Assembly (NCBI GenBank): GCA_010909165.1
Contig: MU008178.1
Coordinates: forward strand, 322,369-386,368
Reading direction: 5' to 3'
From: Anthoceros angustus
Taxonomy: Eukaryota > Plantae > Anthocerotophyta
Length of the DNA stretch: 64,000 nt
A program made the translations under genes and the position numbers. The number at the start of each line of letters is the position of its first letter. The first letter of the stretch is position 1. Positions 52,315 through 63,481 of the stretch are shown piece by piece. The notes under the pieces were generated by a model. It ran no database searches and was not told the DNA's origin. It worked only from the letters and a program-made list of their open reading frames with translations.

Positions 52315-53200
52315 GATGTAAATCCATGGCACGACCCAGAGCAGCACATCACTGAGCAATAGAAATGCCAGGAGCGGCAGTATCGTGAGTCGCAAACCCC
52401 ATAATGCGTTCCCGCTCTTCAGCAGTGGGTTCCTCCCAACGCCGAGTCTCTGAATGCAGCAATAATCCCGGGCCTTCTCCACGATACGCATAAGACCCTG
52501 GGAAACTAACAAGTGTAGGCAAGGTACGTCGCGGATAACCCACCTCATTGGTAGCAAACCATGGGGCTTTCTCCGGGGCTGTAATTGGTCGAGGAGAGTG
52601 ATAAACTTCGAGCACATCCTGTAATTGACGTTCAGGACGAATAGTATGATGTAAAGACAATACAAGGACTATCAACGGAGCCCAGTTTGTCCAAAAACTG
52701 CGAAGACGATGAGCATAACTGCCTGTCTGCACGGCATCAAAAACCAGAGGCGGGCCCAGAACATGCTGCACCAAATTGGCGTCATGGCGCACACACAGCC
52801 GAGAATCTAGATGTGCAGGAGTGTTTTCCAGCATGTAAACCACCGACGGATTATCTGCTGAAACTCATGCGCGACGAGAGGCAAGAACAACCCGGATCGC
52901 GAATCCGAGGCCATCCCCAAATCCAAGAGAACCCCTGGCATTCCCAACCAGCAACCACAAGGTCCACACGTCCTAAAGCTTGAACATGGGATGATTGAAT
53001 CAGCAAGATATCTTGTGGCAGGGTGGTAAAAGCACAATTGAAAGCGGATAAATTGGGGAAAACGGATGCACAAGCTGCAAACGATGTGCGCAATTGAAAC
53101 CACTAAGCGATTATCACAATAGTAATAACTATGAATACGCAATCCCGCACGTAAGCCTCCAAGCAAATACCTCCAAACAACTCCACCAATACATGCCCCT
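52315..53200 (-). CDS. C5 cytosine DNA methyltransferase domain embedded in pol between protease and RT
   Basis: Motifs in canonical order: I LVELFGGI (53166-53189), II RIHSYYYCD, IV VDLVVAGWECQGFS (52927-52967), VI YMLENTP (52820-52828), VIII QTGSYAHRLR, IX EERERIMGF, X LGRAMDL (~52319-52339). Frameshifts and one TGA (52349-52351) interrupt the frame. Confidence 0.88.
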
Positions 53201-53559
53201 CGGCAGGCCACGAAATAGTCGTCGTCACGAGTGAAAGCAACTCTGTGCAATCGCCCAAATAGGCCGAGGCCGATCCAGAACCGCGTAAACAAATTCGACA
53301 TGATGTTGAGCCTCAACCGACAACGAGGGTGACCTGACAATCATCTCATCAACAGCAGCGGCACAAGCCTCCACCACTGAGTCAGGGTGCGTCACTTCAT
53401 CGACAGTCTCATCAACCTCTGAAAACAACCATTGCTCATGCCGATCATCCTTGACCAACTGAGGAATACACTGTATCATACAGACATGGCGGCCGGCCAA
53501 CGACACTTCCACATCGTCATTGCAGTGATGCAAATCAAGTGGAATATAGGCCAATCTCT

Positions 53560-53900
53560 TGCCTCCTTGCCCAATGTCGTCAGAAAAGCTTGCTCGGTCC
53601 AATTATCAATGCTGACCCCAGGTGGGAACAAAAACTCCTGACCCAAAAGTACATCATAATTGGTAGCAGTAGAAACCAGACAACGTAACTCGAGAGTCAC
53701 GCGATCGGCGTCAGTCGAGAGAAATAGAATCGGAAACACCGTCTCACCCTTGACCGCTCCACGCTCCGCTTTGTCACGGATGTTCCAGGGAGAGTTGCGT
53801 AATGCCGATCCCATCAACTGCAATCGAGTGGCCGTAGTCGACCAATAATAAGCGGCGAGCACCGATGTCGAACAACACCATACGAGGTGCAACACCATTG
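53560..53900 (-). CDS. Aspartic protease
   Basis: VLFDIGA (D-T/I-G, ~53858-53878) and TNYDVLLGQEFL..PGVSIDNWTE. Confidence 0.8.
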
Positions 53901-54419
53901 ATCGTCACATGACCAGCGGTATTGTTCACCAATGCATGATTGACCCGAACTTGCGGCGATTTGTTGGTTGCACCAACGGATTGCCTTGAGTGGCAAGGGC
54001 CAAGTGTGAAACCATCACCGGTTTTCCAGCAGCGTGGCTCAATCCAATCCAGCTCACGGTAGCTAGAGCATCACTAGTCTTGCCTCACTCGGCTCTGTCT
54101 AACTCGCGGCGTAACATGCACAGAACCGGTGATGTAAAAGGGAAGCAACCCGTGCAGTCCCTATTCCCACCTCCTCAAGAGAAAATAAAGGTACATGCAC
54201 CAGTTTGTGTAGCAATTCCGACTCCTCCCACGTCATGGAAGACAAACGAATAGGTTCACCTCCTTGATCTCTGGCTGACTCACGTCCAGATATGGCTGGC
54301 AAATGGTCTGAACCACGCAATGGCGGAACAGACGCCAAAGGTACAGTGGCAAATGACTTAGGCATGACTGCCCTAGCTTGCTGCAACCTGATACTTTGCC
54401 GTGGGAGCCGAACCTCCGC

Positions 54420-56140
54420 CGTCATGCTGGCAGCTCCTGACCTAACCAAGAGCAAGGTAAGTCTTCTAGCATACTAGATGTGTGCACAACGTGCTCTCGC
54501 TCCAGAATTTTCTTCGTCTCAGCCATCTTGTGAGCCATGCAAACATGGTAAGGATCCCCATAATCTTCTCCCACACGTACATGCTCTGTGAGAGTCACAA
54601 ACCATAACTCCTGCAAGTTTATCTTTAGACACCACGGAAGCTCCTCCAGCAGCTTGAGCCAAACTAGCGAAGTGTACCCAAGCTGCGTTGTAAGAGCAGC
54701 AAGTAGCTTCAGCATGGGTTACCTTACTAGCATTGGCCACGATCTTCGCTTAAACTTCTCCCGCTTTAATTTGCTCTTGGAAACAGTCCCAGATGTCCGC
54801 CATTATAGTAGGAGACCCAATGGCAATCGGATGCTGAAATTTCACCATCTCCACCCGCCTTTTGCACTCGACGCAGAAACTGAAATGATCGTCACAACAT
54901 GACGCCTTGTGACAAGCAGGTGTGCATAATGACTCCATCACGCATTTGCATGCGAGACAAATGTTCGGTGCTTCCACATCCGTTACACAACGGTGTGAAA
55001 GTAGCAGCAGCTCGCCATCGGGTTTAACCCGTAGGCTTTACCACTCCACGCCGACTCGCCGAGTTACTTTTGCCAAAGAACATGTGCCGATAATGCGAGT
55101 ACGCTTCGAGTGTAAGCATAAGCCGAGAATGCGCCTTTCGCCCGCTTCAAACACCGCTCAAGAGTGTATTGATCTCCGTACTTGTCAACAAGTGAAGTGA
55201 ACAATTGGAAATGAAATAATGGCTGGCTCCAAAGCACTAAGAAACTTTGAGCGCCTCGATCCAACATGCACTTCCTTAGCTTCAGACGACGGAAAGCCAT
55301 TTGAACAGCTCCTTTCTTATGTAAACGCAGATAACTCTAATCTTCTGGGGTCTTGAAAGGAAAAGCCTTCTCAAGAATGATAAAGAATTCCTCCACCGGA
55401 TTAGCGTAAGTTGGAACCTCAATGTATTCTTCTATACCTCGCAGCACGCTCTTGGGAGGTCATCGATCACCCCGGAGGTTTCACATTAGGTGACACAGCG
55501 CAGATGGCGGCTTGATGAGCCGACACCGATGCATGCAAATTATTATACGCCACCTGCAAGGCTTGCTGATAAGCAGGATTAGGAGTCACAGATGTAGCCA
55601 GCAATGCAGCTGCATGTGTCTCATATAGATCGAGAGCTCATCTGCCATGTAACCAGGCAGCTGCTCAAACATGTAACGATCTGTAAAAGCTATGCCATGC
55701 TTGAATTTCACACGGCTAGTAAGGAAGTTGAAATAGAGCTTGAAATCACGCAAAGTCTGCGTGCCAGGTCTACCAGAAAACTTATCTGATTTGGCTGGAA
55801 GAGAACCAGTATCAGCCATGATTTCAGAGTCACTCGATTCTGCAGAAGAACCGAGCTCACAAGTCGTGATCTCACCAATGGTGACCAGCCAACATCTGGC
55901 CGTTGAAGATGTCTCTTCAGAACAAGCGCATCTCCCGTCGCAGGTCTTCCACGGATGCTCACTCGTAATCGATCGATTTTGCCGTCCGGCTCTTTTGCGG
56001 TGCGAGCCACATGCTTGAGCACCCTCCTTGAACGTAATTGGTGGTGCCTCACCACTCAGCTCATCCGCGCATCCGTCATGCAAAGAACAATGATCGAAAC
56101 CGATTTCATCCAACAACTTGATTACCACATTCTGTTTCAC
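54420..56140 (-). CDS. gag-like region (fragmented)
   Basis: Lies between the 5' LTR and protease; KFSGRPGTQTLRDFK...FEQLPGY is capsid-like. Assigned largely by position. Confidence 0.5.
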
Positions 56141-56283
56141 GACATCGAATCCGGACCCTAACTCAAGGCTTTCTCAAGAACCGTAACAAGGTCCTCGGCT
56201 TGACATCAAGGTGATGACATGCAACTAGGAACATAGCTCGAACCCTAGTTCTTTCTCAAGCACGACATCACACGCCGTCGAGC

Positions 56284-56295
56284 AGTCTTGAGAGT
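56284..56295 (-). promoter_or_regulatory. Putative self-priming primer binding site (ACTCTCAAGACT in element sense)
   Basis: Starts 4 nt downstream of the 5' LTR end and is the exact reverse complement of LTR bases 56475-56486. No TGG-initiated tRNA PBS is present. Confidence 0.75.
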
Positions 56296-56299
56296 AAAA

Positions 56300-56782
56300 T
56301 GCCTCATTCAAGCCTATCAGCCGATCAAACGCGGTGAGTTTGAGAGTTCACAATGAGCGACATAGTGCCGCAACCCAAAACCAAGTGTCGACTCGGACAT
56401 CCGCATCGAAATTCCCAAGCAAGCTTTCGGCATTCACTACATAGCCGCCGAGCTCGCCACCTCCGGCTCAAGAGACTCTCAAGACTATCCTAAGCCAAGC
56501 ACGCTTGCCTCTTGTATCCGCGCCTAGTCGCCTTCGCTCGCCGCCCTCCCGCCATGCATCGCCTTCCATCCTTTTCCATGATTGCGTTTCCGGTCTTGTC
56601 ACTCTCACCAGCTCCTGAATCTCCTTGTTATGATCCAAAGAAATCAATCGGTAATTCACCACGACCTTCCCGAAAACTAATGGCTAACAATACATGACAT
56701 TTCTAGATGTCAAGATATTACCATATCCTCTCTCTATGTACATGGACTTGCCTCAACCAATGATCCCGATAATGCGGGACTC
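56300..56782 (-). repeat. 5' LTR, lacking its outer ~200 bp of U3
   Basis: tgcctcattcaa...caaccaatgatcccga matches 48418-~48900. Confidence 0.9.
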
Positions 56783-56792
56783 CTAAAGAGAT

Positions 56793-57170
56793 GGCGATGC
56801 TAGGCGATGCTAGGCGATGCCAGGCGATGCCAGGCGATGCCAGGCGATGCCAGGCGATGCTAGGCGTGCTAGGCGATGCTAGGCGATGCCAGGCGATGCC
56901 AGGTGCCACGCCAGGCCCACGCCAGGCGATGCTAAGCGTGCTAGGCGATGCCAGGCGATGCTAGGCGATGCCAGGCTTACGCCAGGCGATGCCAGGCTTA
57001 CGCCAGGCCCACGCCAGGCGATGCTGGCGATGCCAGGCTTAGGCCACGCCAGGCCCACGCCAGGCGATGCTAGGCGATGCTAAGCGTGCTAGGCGATGCC
57101 AGGCGATGCTAGGCGTGCTAGGCGTGCTAGGCGATGCTAGGCGATGCTAGGCGATGCTGGGCGACGCCTA
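56793..57170 (+). repeat. GGCGATGCTA/GGCGATGCCA minisatellite, right part (same orientation as 47830-48230)
   Basis: Shares variant units gctaagcgtgct and gctgggcgac with the left block. Confidence 0.9.
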
Positions 57171-57232
57171 GCCTTTTTGGGCAAGTAGACAAGGGACTCT
57201 CAAGTGTACCCAAGGCTTGAGGCCTAGGAGGG

Positions 57233-57417
57233 GACCAAGCCCAAGGCCAAGGAGAGGAGGCGAAGCCAAGTCCAAGGCCAAGGAGAGGAGGAAGAAGTCC
57301 AAGGCCAAGGAGGAGGCGAAGAAGCCCAAGTCCAAGGCCAAGGGAGGCGAAGAAGCCCAAGTCCAAGGCCAAGGAGAGGAGGAGAGGAGGCGAAGAAGCC
57401 CAAGGCCAAGGAGAGGT
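57233..57417 (+). repeat. ccaagtccaaggccaaggagaggaggcgaag-type tandem repeats
   Basis: Read directly. Confidence 0.85.
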
Positions 57418-57649
57418 ATGTCATCCATTTGATTTCACTTTCAAAACTCCAATAAGTGTCATCATCCACCATCCAGTAATCGATCCACCCCATCGTACCG
57501 ATCCACCGCTTAACTGTTCTTATGCCTTTGCTATCCAACTCACCAGCTCACATTTTTGACCAAATGTAGCCTGCAGAGTATTTGTATGCAATTTTAACAT
57601 GCATAGATACTTAGAGGTTTCACTAATCACGATCTAAGATAGCGGGTGT

Positions 57650-60340
57650 TAACCTTGATTAAGGGTTTGATCTAGCCACTAACCGCCTGGAGTGCATGCC
57701 CGACACACTCGATCCGGACGGAGCTACCAACCAAAGAAGTCCATCGAGCGAATTCAAGTCCCGACCAAGAGAGAAGTGCGAACACCTCGATTTTGGTACC
57801 AAAGGACACGGAGGAACCCAACACCCAATCAACAATCTTTGAAGGATCCGTGAGTGGCAACACACAAGACACGTTAGCTGCCGGACAACTGCCAATGAGG
57901 AGGACTTGTCTTGGAGTCGCCAAGATGGGAGGAGACAAGGATCGAATGGAGTTGTTCATGACGGCACCTTGCACCGGAGGACTTCATCGAGAAGTACGGT
58001 GCGTGTGGAGATGGAATTGAAGACCGGATACACGAAGCGATACTTCCATCCAAATGCAAGTACTTGGGGATGAAGCATTGGCGCTATCGCGAGCACAAGG
58101 CGAGGTTGTTGAGCACATCCGGAGGACCGGAGTAGCAAGCTCGAGGAACCAAGAAAGCAAGGCACCAAGTGGGCACGATCCCATCAAGAGATGTTGACAT
58201 CTTCCTACCGGAGTTTCGCAAGCACGGATGAGAAGATCTCGCACACTTCAAGATGAAGTCAGCGAGACCAAGATGGCTTATCAAGAATCGCTGGTACGTG
58301 ACACCAAGATCATGAGTGACCGATCGGGCGCAGAGAAGTACTTGCAGCATTGCCATATGCGCATATGAAGGTGCAACAAGCGTGCAAAGGGCAACACTAC
58401 ACCCTCAAGGAAGTGTACGAGATGGTGACAAGATAGGGCCCGGCCGACACTTTCTCTCGTCTTGCAAGTGATTACTCCAAAGACAAGTAGGAGTGGTGGA
58501 CGACATGACCGACGCGGAGGTCAGAGTGGAGGAGCTCGGCGAGACAAGCCAGCCCACACAGCCCAAGTGACGAGCCCCTGCGTGAGGTGCCGAGGGACGG
58601 ACCATTCCCTCATGAGTGCGAGCATGCATCTGGAGGAGTCAAGGGTGAGGAGCCATGCCCTAGTGGGAGGTACGGCACAATGAAGCGCATGTTGGGAGAA
58701 GCATCCGAATTGCGCTCACGGGTTATCGAAAGCAACCCCGCCAATGCATCTGCCAACCTCATCCACAAAATCAAAAAGAGCAAAGGCGCCTGGAGGAGGC
58801 ACCGCAAGTCCCGTGGACAAAAGAAACGGGAAGCATCAAAGAAGACGATGGACATTTGGCACGCCGCAAAGGAGAAGGAGGGGAGAGGAGGCGAAGATCA
58901 AGGAGAGCAGCTCATCATCGAGGACGAAGAAGATGAGCACAAGCTTGGATACATGGCGATCGTGACCGATCCAAGGGCAGGGAAGAAACCTCCGCGACGA
59001 GAGAAGATAGCTCGAGGAAGAAGAGGATGTCTTGACACCGCAGGGAAGACACGGAAGGAAGCTTCGGATCCTCTTCCCGAACCTATGCCAAGATGCCAAA
59101 GTCGTTTGAGCCATTGCCAACAGGAGCAACTGGGAGCAACATCAAAGTCCAGAGTGGGCGATGTGGAGAAACCCATGCGCAGATTGTTGACGGAGACGAT
59201 GGCACAAAAGCTTCTGGAGATGCCATGTTTCAGCCTACAAGACATGGGGTTGAGCGTGAAGGAAGTCAGGGGTTTGACTCGGATGTTGACAACCCTTGAA
59301 GACGAAGCAAGTGTCCAAGATTTGCCACAGCAGGTAGCAATGATGTCATTGCGACCTCAACCAAGCATCTCGCGTGGAGAAGGAATGTCGCACGAGTGGG
59401 GTGGCTTTGGTCAACAATCGGGAGAGGCACATTGAAATCAATGGATTCGCACCAAGGAGGGTGTTGATTGACACCGGAGCACAGGGTGATCGTTGGAAGA
59501 AGAGTGAAGGAAGCTGGGTCTCCACCAAGAAAGGTTGAAGGAAACCAAGTGGAAGATCCGCATCACTGGGACCACGGAGCATGTGTTGGGGTGACAAGGT
59601 ACAAGCTGAAGGTTTCATTCAAACCAAGAACAGCAGACTTCACCTTTGTCGAGGTACACTGCTTGGTCACTGATGCGCACATTTGATGTCTTGCTGGGAG
59701 CGGACGCTTTGTACAAACCTGGAGTCATGGTGGATTTGTGGACGGAGATAGTCTACTATCGACCAGGCTGGAGAAGCTGGAGCAAAACCGATGAACGGAT
59801 TGCCCGCATCCCTCTGCATGCATGGCAAGGATCATGAGAACCTCATTGCCACCGCTACCCAAGTTTGGCCAGAGGAAGGACACGCCATACGTGCTTGAAC
59901 CTCTTGGCGTGTGTCTAACAACCGCACGACTGATGGAGGATTTGACGAGGAGGAAGACAAGCTAGGGTTGCAACCACCCTCGGAGGAGGTTCTTCAAGTC
60001 ACCGGACGGGTGCTGCAATGAGCCGTGCAAAAGGCTGTGGAGGATGGTGCAAGAGGACCCGGTGTCCTATGAGCGGGAGCTACGTAAGTTCTTGCCTAGG
60101 GTTGAGCTTTGTTTGACCTAAACACCGGTCATCACATGGCGACCTCGGGAAGGCGGCATAGTGCTCGTGGAACTCTTTGGAGGCATCAAGTCTTGAAGCA
60201 ATGCTGAAGTGTGGCATCAAAGTGCGAAGATACGTGGATTGTGACCCGGATCCGAAAGCAAAGATTGTGCCGTCAGGCGGAAGGACTTGATGGGGAGTAC
60301 TAACCTCGGCGTGCCCTACTAGAAAGGGCAGCCTATGTTA
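57650..60340 (+). mobile_element. Degenerate second Ty3/gypsy element: gag-CCHC knuckle-protease-DNMT N-terminus
   Basis: CVRCRGTDH.PHEC (58579-58619, frameshifted); VLIDTGAQ (59461-59484); FDVLLGADALYKPGVMVDLWTE; VLVELFGGI (60161-60189) then LEAMLKCGIKVRRYVDCD. Confidence 0.8.
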
Positions 60341-60746
60341 CGATCGTTGTTGCAATTTTATGTTACACTTCTAACTTGCAACATCATTTGGAGCATATTG
60401 AGTTTGTCATTTCTTTCCCCAAGTGGGCCTACAATCTTAACAGTTTCTCTACCACTTCACCCTCTTTACATCCCCTCTCTCATATTGTTTATGAATTCCT
60501 CATGCAATTACAACATGAATAAGGACCCTCTCTCTTCTCTCCCAGTCCCCATCTTTATTACACCCCATTGAGTACAATTAGTTAATGTTTTTCCTAGCGC
60601 TCTTTGCACTCTCTTCACAACTATTTGTTAATGGTGCCCTTTGAATATCACGGTAACATGCCCATTAATTGTCACCTTAAGGTGACCTAAACATAATATT
60701 ATTTACCTATATAGTTTGTGGGTCAGGCTCACTGTGTTCGGGCAGG

Positions 60747-61195
60747 AAGGAGGAGGAGGAGGAGGGAGGAGGGGAGAGGAGGGAGGAAGAGGAGAGGAGG
60801 AGGAAGGGGAGAGGCAGGAAAGGGGAGAGGAGGAGGAGAGGAGGGAGGAGAGGAGGAGGAGGAGGAGAGGAGGAGGAGGCAATGAGAAAGGGGAGGGATC
60901 AGAGGTGGGGAGGAGGAGGAGGAGGGAGGAGGAGGAGGAGGAGGAGGAGGAGGAGGAGGAGGAGGAGGAGGAGGAGGAGGAGGAGAGAGGCAAGAGGAAA
61001 GGGGAGAGGGATCGATATAGAGGAGGAGGAGGAGAGGAAGGAGGAAAGGAGGAGGAGGAGGAGGAGGAGGAGGGAGGAGGAAGGAGGAGGGAGAGGGAGG
61101 AGGAGGAGGAGGAAGGAGGAGGGAGGAAGGAGGGAGAGGAAGAAGGAGGAGATGGGAAGAAGGAGGAGGAGGGAGGAAAGGAAGAGGAGGAGGCC
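60747..61195 (+). repeat. (GGA)n-rich polypurine low-complexity tract
   Basis: About 450 bp, almost exclusively G/A on the plus strand. Confidence 0.95.
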
Positions 61196-62329
61196 CGTTC
61201 CATGCTGTGATTTCAAGTAGAGACCCAATCCATGCTTGGATTTCAGTGAGACCCATTCCATGCTATGATTTCCGTCAATTTTTCGATTGATGCGTAACCA
61301 CCGTGACATGATGTTGGTGAAGGGATGGTGGCGGGCGGGATCACGTGTACGTATAAGCGGATCTTGTACTTGTAGAGCATTGTCAGGCCAAGACCTGTTC
61401 CAATCATGATTTCCTCTCAAATTTTCAGCGAACTAGCTAGTGCGATTTGATGTTAGAGAAGGCGATAGTAGCATGGCGGGTGTCTCGTGTACATGTACAA
61501 CGCAAGTAGTTGCAAGGTCGTGCCAAGACCCATTCCATCTTTATTTCTTATCTCAAATTTTCAGTGCGTGCAGGACTATGATGTGAAGTTAGGGAAGGCG
61601 ATGGAAGAAGGCGGAGGGAGGATAGGAGGTGGAGCAACGCAGCCATGGTCGAGGCAAGGGCAAAAGGCGCGTGGACATGAGGCGTGTCTAGGGGAGAGAA
61701 GGAGGGAGGACTTGGGCCAAACAACCCAGCGCAAACATGGGTCCGCGTAGCACAAACTCGTAGGCACAAAAGGCCGAATGCTCAAGGACAAACTAGTAAA
61801 CGTATCGTGGACGTGTACAAAGTATGTACGTTATCCGTGTACGATATGCTTATTTTTATATAAAATAGAATATGACCATATATCACGGAAATTACCATAT
61901 AGTATATGTTACCATGAACAATACGTGTATTTTACAAAGAATGTATTCATACATGTATTTTTATATATGTGTATTCATACGAGTATCGGTGGGAACTACT
62001 AAGTAAAACTAGGTATTCCATAGGGTAATAGTAGTAAAAGAGGAAGGTAGATGGGGAGGAGGTTCGGTACCAAGCACAGAAAAGAGACGATGTAACACTT
62101 TGGTTGTTGCAATTATGTTGAAATTTTGAGAGGGACACAAACCACCTCTCACTACATTGCAACATAATTGCAACAAGACATATATGAGTAAGGTGGAGGT
62201 TGGTTTCCAAACCTAAGCATCAAGGGGTCCCAAAAGTGTAACAAGACCCCAAGATTTTAACATAATTGCAACAAAGGGGTCCAAATCTTAACATAAAATG
62301 TAACATGACGCCCTTTCTAGTAGGTGGGA

Positions 62330-62625
62330 GTGGGTGGGTTACCGAGGAGGCGGTCGATGGATGCTCGCATGATAGGGTTGTCCCATTTGAGTTGTCTTGG
62401 GCAACCGTGGACCTTGTCATCGCGGGTTGGGAGTGTCGAGGACTATCCTCTGCAGGCAAGGGTCAAGGTCAAGGATCCACGACAACATTGTTCTATGACG
62501 ATGAGGATCTTGCGCTTGAAAAGGGCAAGAAAGGCCTTGTGGATACATGTTGGAGAATGTGCCAGCATGCCCAAGAAATTTTTAATGGTGTGCAAGTCCT
62601 ACTAGAAAGGCAGCCTATATTCTGA
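62330..62625 (+). pseudogene. Third retroelement-type DNMT fragment (motifs IV and VI)
   Basis: VDLVIAGWECRGLSSAGKGQG (62407 onward) and GYMLENVP (62541-62564, different frame). Confidence 0.8.
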
Positions 62626-63454
62626 TCGTTGTTGCAATTTTATGTTACTTCAAATTGCAACATGCTATAGGCTTGGTATTAAGTTTGACACTATTCCCTT
62701 CTCATTTTGTCACCATCTTAACACGAACTCTCTCTCTCATCACCTCACCCTCCTAAGTACACCTCTCTCTCACAAGCATTGTTTATGATTTCAAACATAC
62801 TATATGAAACTATATTCACAGTCCTTTGTTACAATTTCATGTAACACTTTCCATTTGGAACACTCATTAAGTTAGTTGGCTTGGTGTTAAGTTTGTGATA
62901 CTCTTCTCTACCTTCTCTCACCATCTTAACAACATGCAAGTGGTCTGTTGACTTTACACCTCACCATTAAGAGCTTAGCATTAAGTTTGTTGGCTTGGTG
63001 TTAAGTTTGTGATTTTCTTCTCCACCTTCCCTCACCTTCTTAACAACCTGCCTTTGGTCTCTCCTTTCACCTTACACTCCTAGTTAATGCTCCAGTATGA
63101 CACCCATTTTATAATTTTTCCCTCTTTGTGTTGCAACATGACTGTGACAATGAGCTCCCCTCTCACACTACTATTTTTATTCTTCCCCTCTTGCTTTTCC
63201 TACATGACAGTAACCAGGAACTCTATCTCTCTCCCTTTGGTTGTCATTCTCTTTCCATTTTGCCTCCTTTGCATAGCTATGCATTTATAATCTACCTTCC
63301 CTCTTCAATGCACCCTTGTGTCCACATCTGGTTTTGTTTTAAGCTCCATACAATTGAAAACTCTTGTTTTTGATTATGTATAGTAGGATTCTAGATTATT
63401 TTATATGTCTATCTATATATACACGGTTTGCGGGCGACTTATGTGTATATTCCT

Positions 63455-63481
63455 ATATATATATATATATATATATATATN
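63455..63481. repeat. (TA)n microsatellite ending at scaffold gap (N at 63481)
   Basis: tatatatata... followed by n. Confidence 0.95.

Larger units (their letters stand above)
48231..56782 (-). mobile_element. Ty3/gypsy LTR retrotransposon encoding a C5 DNA methyltransferase and a PHD finger; LTRs circularly permuted
   Basis: Domain order on the minus strand is gag, PR, DNMT, RT, RH, INT, PHD. PPT at 49104-49113; LTR copies at 48418-49103 and 56300-56782; extra LTR piece at 48231-48411. Confidence 0.93.

Noticed and set aside
52315-53200. Bacterial restriction-modification methyltransferase or contamination
   Set aside because: The domain is collinear with gypsy protease and RT on the same strand inside LTRs, and the same layout recurs in a second element. 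No bacterial gene context is present.
54500-54560. CCHC zinc knuckle in the minus-strand gag
   Set aside because: Cys and His residues fall in different frames, and the spacing could not be reconstructed with confidence.
56250-56299. tRNA-Met or other tRNA primer binding site
   Set aside because: No TGG start or TGGTATCAGAGC-like sequence follows the LTR end.
48418-56782. Dating the insertion from LTR divergence
   Set aside because: Visible LTR differences are mostly small indels at CG-rich spots, likely basecalling noise, and no alignment could be computed.
58587-59435. Independent 282-aa host gene
   Set aside because: It lies between the CCHC knuckle and the DTG protease motif of the plus-strand gypsy element, so it is the gag-pol linker.
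60703-61420. Long poly-E/R/P/S ORFs
   Set aside because: These are translations of the (GGA)n tract, open in several frames on both strands, with no domain content.
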